Notes under the pieces: generated by a model
Seen by the model: the letters and a program-made list of their open reading frames with translations, nothing else
Told to the model about the DNA's origin: nothing
Databases searched by the model: none
In this document: positions 8,938-17,944 of the stretch, piece by piece
How positions within the stretch are numbered: the stretch's first letter is position 1
How the letters are laid out: each line of letters starts with the position of its first letter
Position numbers and translations under genes: made by a program
Source: Gemmatimonadota bacterium
GTDB lineage: Bacteria > Gemmatimonadota > Gemmatimonadetes > Gemmatimonadales > GWC2-71-9
Assembly (NCBI GenBank): GCA_017889745.1
Contig: JAGGAG010000002.1
Span: 1 to 44,858 of the forward strand
Direction: 5' to 3'
DNA length: 44,858 bases

Positions 8938-9486
8938 ATGCCATCTACGGGGTTCGTCCTCGGACCCATCGTTCTGCTCACCGTGCTGAGCAGCTCCTGC
9001 ACGCCGAGGCCGGACCAGTCATCAGGAACCGATGAATCCGGCTCGCAGGCTGGAGCCGCCGGGCTGGCCGATTCCGCGCTCCGGAATGCGGAATACCGCA
9101 TCGAGTTCGGCTCGGTGAAACGAGTACGGCTCGTCAATGGCCGATTCGACGATCCGGAAAATCACGTGTCCGCCATTCTCCTTCAGTCGCTGCCGGGCGA
9201 TCTCGATGGGGACGCGGCCGAGGACGCGGTGGTATTGATCGGAAGCAGCGGGAGCGCGAGCGGCTCATTCACGCACATGGTGCCCGTGCTCAACCGCAGA
9301 AGGGTGCAGACTGGCGCCGCGACCCTCCTTGGCGACAGGATCCAGCTTCAGGCCATCTCACTCGGAGACCGCACCGTCGTGATCGAGATGCTTACCCAGG
9401 GCCCGAAGGACCCGATGTGCTGTCCCACGCTGCATGTGCGGCAGAGCTACCGCCTGCAGGGCGACAGCCTCGCAATCCTGCCATGA
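8938..9486 (+). CDS. hypothetical lipoprotein
   Basis: Signal and lipobox-like LLTVLSSSC. No family recognised. Confidence 0.6.
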   Translation: MPSTGFVLGPIVLLTVLSSSCTPRPDQSSGTDESGSQAGAAGLADSALRNAEYRIEFGSVKRVRLVNGRFDDPENHVSAILLQSLPGDLDGDAAEDAVVLIGSSGSASGSFTHMVPVLNRRRVQTGAATLLGDRIQLQAISLGDRTVVIEMLTQGPKDPMCCPTLHVRQSYRLQGDSLAILP

Positions 9487-9902
9487 GCTGGCATCCGTTC
9501 CACTTCGCCTTCTACGTGAAGGACCTCGCCTCCACCCGCCGCTTCTACGTCGGGCTGCTTGGCTGCAGGGAAGGGCGCAGCACCGACGCGTGGGTGGATT
9601 TCGATTTCTTCGGCAGCCAGCTCTCCGCGCATGTCGCGGCGGATGTGCCCCAGCCGCGCTGGACGGGCCAGGTGGATGGGATCACCGTCCCCATGCCGCA
9701 CTTCGGCTGCATCATTCCCTGGGACGACTTCCAGAAGCTGGCCGCGCGCCTCGAGCAGGCCGGCGTCACCTTCATCATCTCCCCGCGGATCCGCTACGCG
9801 GGCCAGCCTGGCGAACAGTCCACGATGTTCCTCCAGGATGAGAGCGGCAACGCCATCGAGATGAAGGCCTTTCGGCACCCGGAACACGTCTTCACGGCGT
9901 GA
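9483..9902 (+). CDS. VOC (glyoxalase/bleomycin-resistance/dioxygenase fold) family protein
   Basis: ORF 9417..9902 trimmed to the ATG at 9483 (ATGA overlap with the upstream stop). MSWHPFHFAFYVKDLASTRRFYVGLLGC is typical of VOC N-termini. Confidence 0.75.
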   Translation: MSWHPFHFAFYVKDLASTRRFYVGLLGCREGRSTDAWVDFDFFGSQLSAHVAADVPQPRWTGQVDGITVPMPHFGCIIPWDDFQKLAARLEQAGVTFIISPRIRYAGQPGEQSTMFLQDESGNAIEMKAFRHPEHVFTA

Positions 9903-11062
9903 CGCGCACCGCCGACGTCGTGATTGTCGGCGCCGGCGTCATGGGCGCCGCTGTCGCCTGGCACCTGACCACGCTCGGCTGCCGTTCCGTGATCCTTCTC
10001 GACCACGCCCCGGGGCCCGGCACCGGCAGCACCGGGCGCGCCACCGGCGGCTTCCGCACCCAATTCGCCTCGGCCATCAACGTCCGCCTGTCGCTCCTGG
10101 CGCGCGAGAAACTCCGGCGCTTCCACTACGAGACCGGAGGCGACTCCGGCTACCAGCCGGTGGGCTATCTCTTCCTCGCCGCCGACCAGGCCCAGCTCGC
10201 CACGCTGCGCGAGGCCCTCGCGGTGCAGCGCGCCGCCGGACTCACCGAATCGGCGCTGGTATCGGCCGATGACATCGCGCGCATCAATCCCTCGATCGTG
10301 CTCGACGGCATTGCCGGCGGCACCTTTGGCGCCACCGATGGCTACATCCGGCCCCTCGGCATCATGCGGGGCTACCTCGATGCCGCGTTGCGCGAAGGCG
10401 TGCAGGTGGAGTACAACGCCAACCCGATCCAGTTCGAGCTCGCCGGCGATCGCATCGCGTCGGTGACCACTCCGCGCGGCCGCATCGCCGCGGGTCACGT
10501 CGTCAATGCCACCGGCGCCTGGGCCGCCGACGTCGCACGGCTGGCGGGGATCGACCTCCCGGTGACACCGGTGCGCCGGCAGGTGGCGCTCACCGTGCCC
10601 ACCACCGCGTTGCCACCGTCCACGCCAATGACGATCTTCGCGGAAGACGGATTCCATTTCCGCGTGCGCGATGGCCGTGTGCTCCTGCTCTGGCCCACCG
10701 ACACCGCCGGCGCGGATCGGTACGACACGACTTTCGACGCGCGCTGGCTGGACGGCGTCGTGTCCCGCGCGCACCAGCGCGTGCCCGCGCTGCGCGCGGT
10801 GCCGGTCGATCGTGCCGGGAGCTGGTGCGGGCTGTACGAAATGTCGCCCGATCACCACGCTATTCTCGGCGCGGCACCGGGCCTCGACAATTTCTGGCTG
10901 ATTAATGGCTCGTCGGGGCACGGCGTCATGCACGCGCCCGCGCTGGGCCAACTGCTGGCGGAGATGATCGTCACCGGCGGCAGCGTGTCGCTCGATGCGC
11001 ATGCGCTGCGACCCACCCGGTTCCTCGAGGGCGCGCCGAACCCGGCGCCCGTCCTCCTCTAA
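9899..11062 (+). CDS. FAD-dependent oxidoreductase (DAO / sarcosine-oxidase-beta-like)
   Basis: GTG start overlapping the upstream stop. Dinucleotide-binding motif VVIVGAGVMGAAVA. 387 aa with the overall pattern of the DAO family. Confidence 0.85.
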   Translation: MTRTADVVIVGAGVMGAAVAWHLTTLGCRSVILLDHAPGPGTGSTGRATGGFRTQFASAINVRLSLLAREKLRRFHYETGGDSGYQPVGYLFLAADQAQLATLREALAVQRAAGLTESALVSADDIARINPSIVLDGIAGGTFGATDGYIRPLGIMRGYLDAALREGVQVEYNANPIQFELAGDRIASVTTPRGRIAAGHVVNATGAWAADVARLAGIDLPVTPVRRQVALTVPTTALPPSTPMTIFAEDGFHFRVRDGRVLLLWPTDTAGADRYDTTFDARWLDGVVSRAHQRVPALRAVPVDRAGSWCGLYEMSPDHHAILGAAPGLDNFWLINGSSGHGVMHAPALGQLLAEMIVTGGSVSLDAHALRPTRFLEGAPNPAPVLL

Positions 11063-11081
11063 GACGGAGACCGATACGAGC

Positions 11082-11465
11082 ATGCGCCATGTTCACACAC
11101 CCGACGCGCCGCGGCCCGCCGGGCACTACTCCCAGGCCATCGTCCACAGCGGGGTGGTTTATGTGGCGGGCCAGCTGCCCCTCGATCCCACCTGGCCCGA
11201 TGCGCCGCACGGCACGGTGGAAGAGCAGACGCGTCGCGTGCTCCGCAACGTGGAGGCGATCCTGCGAGCGGCGGGCAGCGATCTTGACCACCTGCTCACG
11301 GTGACCGTCTACCTCACCGACGTGGCCCACTGGCCGAGCGTCAACGCGGCATACGCCGAGGTGCTCGGCTCGCACCGGCCGGCCCGCACCGTCGTACCGG
11401 TAGCGGCGCTGCACCACGGTTACCTGGTGGAGATGACGGCAACGGCGGCGGTAAAGGCCGATTGA
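11082..11465 (+). CDS. RidA/YjgF family reactive-intermediate deaminase
   Basis: ORF trimmed to the ATG at 11082. PAGHYSQAIVHSGVVYVAGQLPLDP and a C-terminus ...LVEMTATA, typical of the YjgF/UK114 family. Confidence 0.85.
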   Translation: MRHVHTPDAPRPAGHYSQAIVHSGVVYVAGQLPLDPTWPDAPHGTVEEQTRRVLRNVEAILRAAGSDLDHLLTVTVYLTDVAHWPSVNAAYAEVLGSHRPARTVVPVAALHHGYLVEMTATAAVKAD

Positions 11466-11539
11466 CCGCGCGTCACCTTCGCTGAACCTCGCGTCCCGGC
11501 GCACGCGTAGGGGAGGGACCTCCCACTTCCAAGGCTCTC

Positions 11540-12052
11540 ATGCGCCGTGCGCTCGGCATTGCCGTCTTCCTGCCGCTGTTCACCTCGTTCAGCCATGCCC
11601 AGCAGCCCGCGCGCGCCTCGTGCGCCGGCGCGGAGCATCGGCAGTTCGATTTCTGGGCTGGTGACTGGGAGGTGACCGACAGCGCCGGCCGTACGGTGTA
11701 CGGCACCAACCGCGTGAACCGGGAGGAGGGCGGCTGCCTCATCCACGAGAACTGGACCGGCAGCCGCGGCGGGACCGGGCAGAGCCTCAACTTCTTCGAC
11801 CCCATGCAGCAGCAGTGGGAGCAGGTGTGGGTGGGAAGCGATGGCCTGGTCCTGCAGATCACCGGCGGCCTTCGCAGCACCAGTATGGTGCTCGAGGGCG
11901 AGGCCCTGGGGCCGGGTGGGGCGAAAGTGAAGCAGCGCGCCGCGTGGACGCCGCAGCCAGATGGCCGGGTGCGCCAGTTCTGGGAGCAGTCGGTCGATGG
12001 CGGGACCACCTGGACTGTAGCATTCGACGGCTGGTACCGGCGCAAGCCGTGA
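11540..12052 (+). CDS. hypothetical secreted protein
   Basis: Signal peptide MRRALGIAVFLPLFTSFSHAQQ. 170 aa with a coding-like composition. No family recognised with confidence. Confidence 0.6.
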   Translation: MRRALGIAVFLPLFTSFSHAQQPARASCAGAEHRQFDFWAGDWEVTDSAGRTVYGTNRVNREEGGCLIHENWTGSRGGTGQSLNFFDPMQQQWEQVWVGSDGLVLQITGGLRSTSMVLEGEALGPGGAKVKQRAAWTPQPDGRVRQFWEQSVDGGTTWTVAFDGWYRRKP

Positions 12053-12094
12053 GCACCGGCCGTGCAGCAAAGGGGCACCGGCTCGTCACCCCCG

Positions 12095-12970
12095 TCAGAC
12101 CCGAAGGACATGTGTGCTGCCGGCCCGCTGCAGCGGGTGAAACCGCTCCCAAACGGCGGCGTAGGGTGCAATAAGGAGCGTTACAAATCGTTCCACCGCC
12201 ACCGGAAATGGGAAGCGATGCCTGAACTCGGTTGAGGTGATGCCGAGCAGCGACCGTACGTGGCGGCCGAACGACTGGGGCGAGGAATATTCCAGCCGGT
12301 ACGCCACATCGGCGATCGACAGGCCGGCGTCCTCGAAGAGCTGCGCGGCATGCAGCAGCCGGATGGCGGCGAGATAGCTCTTGGGACTTGGCAGGTCGGC
12401 GCGGGCGAACCGCGACATGAGGGTGCTGGGCCGCACGCCGAGGCGCCTGGAGAGGTTGCGCACCGTGGGCGTGTCGGGGGCGAGGCGGATCATCGCCTCC
12501 AGGAAGATCCGCGTGTCGGGTGTCACGTCGGCGAGAGCCGCCAGCACCGGCCCCTGGATGCGGGCCACGGAACGGGTCACCGGCTGGGTCAGCAGTTCAC
12601 GCAGGTGCGCCCAGCCCGTTGGGGCTGTAACGTCGATGACGCGCTTGACGCCACTGGCGCCGAGCAGGAGCAGGGTCTCGGTGGCACGGGGACCGTGCTG
12701 GGATACGAGGGCCACCGTGGGCACGCTCGGAAATTCGCGGATCAGGTGCGCGACGCCATCCACCTGCTCCGGCCCGCACTGCTGCACCGACAGCAGCACG
12801 GCATCCACCGGACGCTCCCGCACGATGCGGATGGCGTCGGAAATCGACTCCCGGTGGAGGATGGCGAAGCAGCCCGTGCCTGCTGCATCGACACGGGAGC
12901 GCTCGGCGGGGGCAAGAATGGCGGCGACCGTGGGAGAGCCCGCGGCGCTCGTTGGCGCGGCAGCAAGCAT
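12095..12970 (-). CDS. AraC-family transcriptional regulator with degenerate N-terminal receiver-like domain
   Basis: C-terminal AraC HTH (LSIADVAYRLEYSSPQSFGRHVRSLLGITSTEFR). The N-terminal ~120 aa has a CheY-like layout, but ILAPAE replaces the acidic pair and DAVLLSV has Ser where the phospho-Asp is expected. Confidence 0.8.
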   Translation of the reverse strand: MLAAAPTSAAGSPTVAAILAPAERSRVDAAGTGCFAILHRESISDAIRIVRERPVDAVLLSVQQCGPEQVDGVAHLIREFPSVPTVALVSQHGPRATETLLLLGASGVKRVIDVTAPTGWAHLRELLTQPVTRSVARIQGPVLAALADVTPDTRIFLEAMIRLAPDTPTVRNLSRRLGVRPSTLMSRFARADLPSPKSYLAAIRLLHAAQLFEDAGLSIADVAYRLEYSSPQSFGRHVRSLLGITSTEFRHRFPFPVAVERFVTLLIAPYAAVWERFHPLQRAGSTHVLRV

Positions 12971-13150
12971 GATGACCCTGGCTGTGAATTGGGGCGGCGA
13001 TAGTGGTCCGCGCCACTCAACCGGGAGTCAAACGGCACGGGGAGCCGCGGGTCGCAGTGACCGCGCAACCTCCCGCGGGGTTCGGGCGTCCAAGGAGTAT
13101 GGAAACCCCAACCGGTCCTGCACCGTGAGGGGCTTTCTCGCCATTCCCCA

Positions 13151-16100
13151 ATGAACGTGGAGCCGCGGATGAGTGATCCCATCGGGCCCGACCTGCGCCA
13201 GCGCCTCCAGCAAGCCCTGGGGACGCAGTACCATCTCGAACGCGAGCTGGGGCGCGGCGGCATGGGAGTCGTGTTCGAGGCCCGCGACAGTACTCTCGAC
13301 CGCCGCGTGGCCATCAAGGTGGTGCACCCCTCGCTGACCCATCACGACGGGATCGTGCGCCGGTTCCTGGCCGAAGCCCGCATGATCGCGAAGTTCCGTC
13401 ACCCCGGCATCGTGGCAGTGCACGCGGCCGGCGAGGCCGACGGCCTGCTCTACTACGTCATGGACCGGGTCGAGGGCGAAACGCTGCGCGACCGCTTGCG
13501 TCGCGAGCCACGACTCAGCGTGGATGACGCGCGGCGCATCACCGCCGACGTGGCCATGGCGCTCGACGCCGCCGCGCGCGCCGGCCTGGTGCATCGCGAC
13601 GTGAAGCCCGAGAACATCCTCATCGATCATGCCTCGGGCCGGCCCATGCTGGTCGACTTCGGCATCGCCCGGGCCATGGCCGCGGAAGCCGAGGGCGACG
13701 AGCCCACAACCGGACGCGGCGTGGCCCTGGGCACCCCGGCGTACATGAGCCCGGAACAGGCGGCCGGCGAAGACGTGGACGCGCGCAGCGACCTCTATTC
13801 GCTCGGCATCGTCGCCTACGAGATGCTCACCGGTGCGCCACCCTTCACCGGGTCGCATCGCGTCGTCATCTCGCGCCACCTCACCGACCGACCCACGCCG
13901 GTCGAGAAGGCGCGGCCCGACAGTCCCGCCGCACTCTCCGGTGCGGTCATGCGCGCACTCGAGAAGCATCCCGACGAGCGGTGGCAGACCGGCGAGGCGT
14001 TGTACTCGGCGCTGAGTGGCGAGGGCGGCGTCGCCCCGCGCCGCGCGCGGAAGCGGCGCATCGCCGTCCTCGCCGGCGCGACCCTCCTGCTGGTGGGTGC
14101 CGTGGCGGTGAGGGCGATGAACCACGACGGCCCGCCGCGCGGCGTCAACCCGCGGCAGTCGATTCTAGTGCTTCCCTTCGCCAACGTCAGGGCCGATTCC
14201 ACCGGCGAGTGGCTGCGCGACGGGAGCGTCAACATGCTCTCGCTTGCGCTCGGGCAGTGGAATGACCTTCAGGTGATCGGCCCCGAGCGGGTTCATGACC
14301 TGATGGAGGCGGCCCGCCTTCGTGACGACGGCGCCGTCGGGCTCGCCGAGGCGCGGCGCCTGGCGCGCAAGGCGGGCGTGTGGACCGTGGTGCTCGGTGA
14401 ATTCGACCGCAGCGGTGACACCCTGCGTCTCGCCGCGCGGGTCATCGACGTGGCCTCCGGCAGGCAGGTGGACCTGGCCCGCGTCGAAGCGCCCGCCGAC
14501 GACGAAGTGCGCCCGCTGTTCGACCAGCTCGCGGCACAGCTGCTGGACATCTCCGGCGCGCCCCAGGGCGAGCGGGTCGGGCTGGCCCAGGCCACCACTC
14601 GCTCGGTCGAGGCATACCGTGCCTATCTCGCGGGCGATGGTGCGCTCAACCACTGGAACCTGCCCGCCGCCGAGGCTTCGCTCCGCAAGGCGATCGCCGC
14701 GGACTCGACGTTCGGGCTCGCGTACTACAAGCTCTCGGTGACCCGCGGCTGGAGGTACGGCGCCGAGGACTCGGTCGGCGCCAATGCCATCGCGCGGGCC
14801 GAGCTCTATGCCAGCCAGCTGCCGGTGCGCGAGCAGACGATGATCCATGCCTACCGCACCTTCATCCAGGGCGCGAATGCCGACGCGCGCCGGCTCTACG
14901 AGGAGCTGCTGGCCAAGAACCCCGGCGACCCCGACGCCTGGTACGGCCTCGGTGATGCCTGGTTCCACGACGACAAACAACCGCTGCCGATGCGGTTCAC
15001 GGCCTCGATGCGCGCCTTCAAGCGCGCGCTGGCCCTCGATCCCGGCTACGCGCTCGCCTTCGAGCACGTGAACTTCATCCTCGGGCGCGCCTCGCGGCCG
15101 AACCCGCAATGGGTGCTCCTTCCCGGCGACTCGATTGCCTTCGTCTATGGCGACAAGGAGCGGCGCGCCGTCGACACTGCGGCCACGGCCCTGGCGGTGA
15201 AGCGGGCGCGCGGCGAGGCGATCCGGCTTGCGCGCGACTGGGCCACCCTGCAGCCCGCCACGGCCAAGGCACATGAGGCGTTGCTCGCGGCCTTGATCGC
15301 GGCGCAGGACTACGACGGTGCCGGCAATGAGGTGGCGCGCTTCCGGGCCGTGATCCCGACGCACCCCGAGCTGCCGTTCGACGACGCTCGCATTCGGTTT
15401 GCCTCGGGCGATGCGCCGCGCGCCGCCCGCCAGCTGGGCGTATCGATCGATTCGCTCACCCCCGAGGACCTGCGGTCGATCTCGGGCGCCACCGACGCGG
15501 CCGAACGGCTCACCATCGCAGCCAACGTGCTCGCCTACCAGGGCAACGTCGGCCAGGCGGCAAAGCTCATCGACCTCGCCAATCGCGTGCGCTTCGGCGA
15601 TCCCGTCCCGGGCACGCCGGAGGCGAACGAACGGGATGCGTGGAACTGGCGGATGCAGGGGGAGCTCTACGCCGCGGTCGGCGTTCCCACCGCCGGCATG
15701 CGGCGCATCTGGCAGAGTGCAGCCGAGGCGAGCCGCTCCGTGCCTCCCGAGAAGCGCGCCAAGCTGCTTGCCGCCGGCGGCGCCGCGGCGGTGGGCCTCC
15801 TCACGTCGGCCACTCCGGATGAATCCGCCGTCACGGAGATGCAGGCCATGGGCGGCGCGGTGCCGGCCAAGGAAGTGCGGGCGCTCATGGCCCTCGAGCA
15901 CAACGACCAGGCCGCTGCGAGGAAGGCGCTGGCCGAGCCCGACTCGATGACGATGTCGATGAAGGGCCCGTCCTACCTCGTGTTCCGCCGGCCGCTCGCA
16001 GCCCAGGCGTACTACCTCCTCGGCGACTACGAGCATGCGCTCAAGCTGCTCGAGGGATTCGACGGCCCCGAGCTCTACGCCGACCAGTTCGACATGCGCT

Positions 16101-16282
16101 GGGGGATCGTCGGGCGTGTGCGCCTCCTCCGCGGTGCCGTCCTCGAGAAGCTCGGCCGCCCCGACGACGCCCGCGAGCAGTACCGGCTGGCACTGGCACA
16201 GTGGACCCAGGCCGACCCTGACTTGCAGGTGTTTGTGCAGGAGGCGCAGCAGAAGCTGGCGCAGCTGCAGGAACGGAGTTGA
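13151..16282 (+). CDS. membrane Ser/Thr protein kinase with large extracytoplasmic/TPR-like C-terminal region
   Basis: GRGGMGVVFEA, AIK, HRDVKPENIL, DFGIARA, SPE. One TM segment (IAVLAGATLLLVGAVAV). About 700 aa of helical-repeat-rich C-terminus. An alternative ATG lies at 13169. Confidence 0.9.
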   Translation: MNVEPRMSDPIGPDLRQRLQQALGTQYHLERELGRGGMGVVFEARDSTLDRRVAIKVVHPSLTHHDGIVRRFLAEARMIAKFRHPGIVAVHAAGEADGLLYYVMDRVEGETLRDRLRREPRLSVDDARRITADVAMALDAAARAGLVHRDVKPENILIDHASGRPMLVDFGIARAMAAEAEGDEPTTGRGVALGTPAYMSPEQAAGEDVDARSDLYSLGIVAYEMLTGAPPFTGSHRVVISRHLTDRPTPVEKARPDSPAALSGAVMRALEKHPDERWQTGEALYSALSGEGGVAPRRARKRRIAVLAGATLLLVGAVAVRAMNHDGPPRGVNPRQSILVLPFANVRADSTGEWLRDGSVNMLSLALGQWNDLQVIGPERVHDLMEAARLRDDGAVGLAEARRLARKAGVWTVVLGEFDRSGDTLRLAARVIDVASGRQVDLARVEAPADDEVRPLFDQLAAQLLDISGAPQGERVGLAQATTRSVEAYRAYLAGDGALNHWNLPAAEASLRKAIAADSTFGLAYYKLSVTRGWRYGAEDSVGANAIARAELYASQLPVREQTMIHAYRTFIQGANADARRLYEELLAKNPGDPDAWYGLGDAWFHDDKQPLPMRFTASMRAFKRALALDPGYALAFEHVNFILGRASRPNPQWVLLPGDSIAFVYGDKERRAVDTAATALAVKRARGEAIRLARDWATLQPATAKAHEALLAALIAAQDYDGAGNEVARFRAVIPTHPELPFDDARIRFASGDAPRAARQLGVSIDSLTPEDLRSISGATDAAERLTIAANVLAYQGNVGQAAKLIDLANRVRFGDPVPGTPEANERDAWNWRMQGELYAAVGVPTAGMRRIWQSAAEASRSVPPEKRAKLLAAGGAAAVGLLTSATPDESAVTEMQAMGGAVPAKEVRALMALEHNDQAAARKALAEPDSMTMSMKGPSYLVFRRPLAAQAYYLLGDYEHALKLLEGFDGPELYADQFDMRWGIVGRVRLLRGAVLEKLGRPDDAREQYRLALAQWTQADPDLQVFVQEAQQKLAQLQERS

Positions 16283-16283
16283 G

Positions 16284-16350
16284 AACGACGTCAACGGTGA
16301 ACGGTAAACGGGGCTCCCGTTCACTGTTTACCGCTTACCGTTTACTGTTG
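16284..16350. repeat. heptad-repeat palindrome (GTRAACR)n, copy 1
   Basis: Left arm ...GTCAACG GTGAACG GTAAACG GGG, loop ct, right arm CCCGTTCAC TGTTTAC CGCTTAC CGTTTAC TG. It starts 2 nt after the kinase stop and ends 4 nt before rnpB. Confidence 0.85.
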
Positions 16351-16354
16351 TGAT

Positions 16355-16753
16355 GGGTCGGACGTGATGGTCGCGGGTGCTTCGGCACTCGAGGAAAGTC
16401 CGAGCTCCATCGGGTAGACTGCCAGGTAACGCCTGGGCGCCGCAAGGCGACGGACAGGGCAACAGAAAGCAAACCGCCCGGCGCAAGCGCAAGCGAGTGA
16501 CGGGTAAGGGTGAAATGGTGGGGTAAGAGCCCACCGCGCTGCCGGCAACGGGAGCGGCACGGTAACCCCCAGTCGGAGCAAGGCCAAATAAGCGGCGAGG
16601 TGTGACCCACACCGCCCCCCGTCCGGTCCCCTCGGGGATTCGGGCGGTAGCCGCGGGTAGGCTGCTCGAGGCGACCGGCGACGATCGTCCCAGACAGATG
16701 ACCATCCCCAGGGCTCACGCCAGGGGAACAGAACTCGGCTTACGGTCCGACCC
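16355..16753 (+). ncRNA. rnpB: RNase P RNA, bacterial type A
   Basis: GAGGAAAGTCCG at 16391-16402. GGGTGAAATGGTGGGGTAAGAGCCCACC block near 16508. ACAGAACTCGGCTTAC at 16728-16743. P1 pairing of GGGTCGGAC (16355-16363) with GTCCGACCC (16745-16753). Ends are approximate to +/-5 nt. Confidence 0.93.
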
Positions 16754-16755
16754 AC

Positions 16756-16797
16756 GGCCGCCTCCGGCACTCGTTGCCGGAGGCGGCCGTCCTTTGT
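16756..16797 (+). terminator. intrinsic terminator after rnpB
   Basis: Perfect 14-bp stem GGCCGCCTCCGGCA (16756-16769) / TGCCGGAGGCGGCC (16775-16788) with loop ctcgt, followed by GTCCTTTGT. Confidence 0.65.
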
Positions 16798-16878
16798 GAC
16801 CCACGACCCGTCGCGCTTCCCCGCATACCCGGGGGTGGCTAGAATTTCCCCCGTGATGCGCGTTCGCGGAGCAGCGGC

Positions 16879-17112
16879 ATGGCGTCATCGTATCGACCCC
16901 AGGGCGGCGATAAGCCGTATCCACCGCACTGGGAGCAGGTTGCAGAGATCCGCGTCCTCCGGGCCCCCGTTTCCGACTGGGACAGGCTCTCGGTCTGGGG
17001 TGCGGACATGCGGAAGCGCGGCTGGCGGCTGCTCCAGGTCAACAGCGACAGCGGCCAGATCGTGGCGGTATTCGGGAAGTCCCGGCAGGGACGAGCCCAC
17101 GACGTTCCCTGA
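16879..17112 (+). CDS. small hypothetical protein (77 aa)
   Basis: ATG start and about 80 percent G/C at third positions by eye. Non-shadow-like composition (W, K, D, E, Q). TAGAAT at 16839-16844 could be a -10. The overlapping antisense ORF 16839..17528 looks like a shadow. Confidence 0.45.
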   Translation: MASSYRPQGGDKPYPPHWEQVAEIRVLRAPVSDWDRLSVWGADMRKRGWRLLQVNSDSGQIVAVFGKSRQGRAHDVP

Positions 17113-17153
17113 GTGCTCCCCGGGCGGGGCGCGCTCCTTTCTTCGAGGATGAC

Positions 17154-17939
17154 ATGCAGGCTCGCATACTGATGGCCGGCGCCCTGTTCTCCGGCGCCCT
17201 GATGCTCCCCGCTCCCCCCACTGCCAGTATCACCGCCCGGTACAAGGTGGCGCAGCGGATCCAGCAGGACGTGGACGCGACCGCCCTGGGCGGCGGCAAG
17301 CAGGGCTTCGTAGTCAAGACCACGAGCTACGTGCTGCTCACGCTTACCGACACCGCTGGCGGACGCAGCGTGAAGGTGCTCGTCGACTCGATCCACGGCG
17401 ACTCGCTGCCGCCCGGTGCGCCGGCCGACATGCTGACCAAGGCCACCGGCGTCACGATTACCGGCTTCGTGGACCCGAAAGGCAAGCTGAGCAACGTGAA
17501 GGCCAGCAGCGAGGCCGGCGGGCTGCAATTGAGCAGCCTTGTGCAGCAGCTCCTGCCGCCCCTTCGCTCGCCCCTCAAGGTGGGCGATGCCTGGACCGAC
17601 ACCACCGAGACCTCGAACGGCGTCGCGTCGGGCACCATGACCACGCGCACCGTGACCAACTTCAAGGTGACCGGCACCGAGGCTCGCGGCGCGGTCAAGG
17701 CGAGCAAGGTCGATGGCGCGTTCAGCTCCTCGATCGCGGGGTCGCAGGAAACCCCGGGCGGGTCGGCCGACATCGAGGGCACCGGCACCGGCACATCGAG
17801 CTACTTCGTCGCACCCGACGGCAAGCTGCTCGGCGGCACCTCGAACACCACCAGCAACCTGAACGTCACCCTCGCGGCGCAGGGCGCCACACTGCCGCTG
17901 GTGCTCAGTCAGTCCGTGGAAATCACGCCGCTCCCCTGA
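17154..17939 (+). CDS. secreted hypothetical protein, Thr/Ser/Gly-rich (paralog A)
   Basis: ATG at 17154 with GAGGA at 17145-17149. Signal peptide. Shares the segment GDAWTDTTETS...VTG with the next gene. Confidence 0.7.
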   Translation: MQARILMAGALFSGALMLPAPPTASITARYKVAQRIQQDVDATALGGGKQGFVVKTTSYVLLTLTDTAGGRSVKVLVDSIHGDSLPPGAPADMLTKATGVTITGFVDPKGKLSNVKASSEAGGLQLSSLVQQLLPPLRSPLKVGDAWTDTTETSNGVASGTMTTRTVTNFKVTGTEARGAVKASKVDGAFSSSIAGSQETPGGSADIEGTGTGTSSYFVAPDGKLLGGTSNTTSNLNVTLAAQGATLPLVLSQSVEITPLP

Positions 17940-17944
17940 CCTTC

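Noticed and set aside
14165-16324. 719-aa minus-strand ORF, and also 13028..14125 on the minus strand
   Set aside because: Both are antisense to the 1043-aa Ser/Thr kinase gene. They have a shadow-ORF composition and no recognisable motifs.
16328-16770. Three overlapping minus-strand ORFs (125-142 aa)
   Set aside because: They lie entirely within the RNase P RNA gene, whose conserved type-A signature blocks are present on the + strand.
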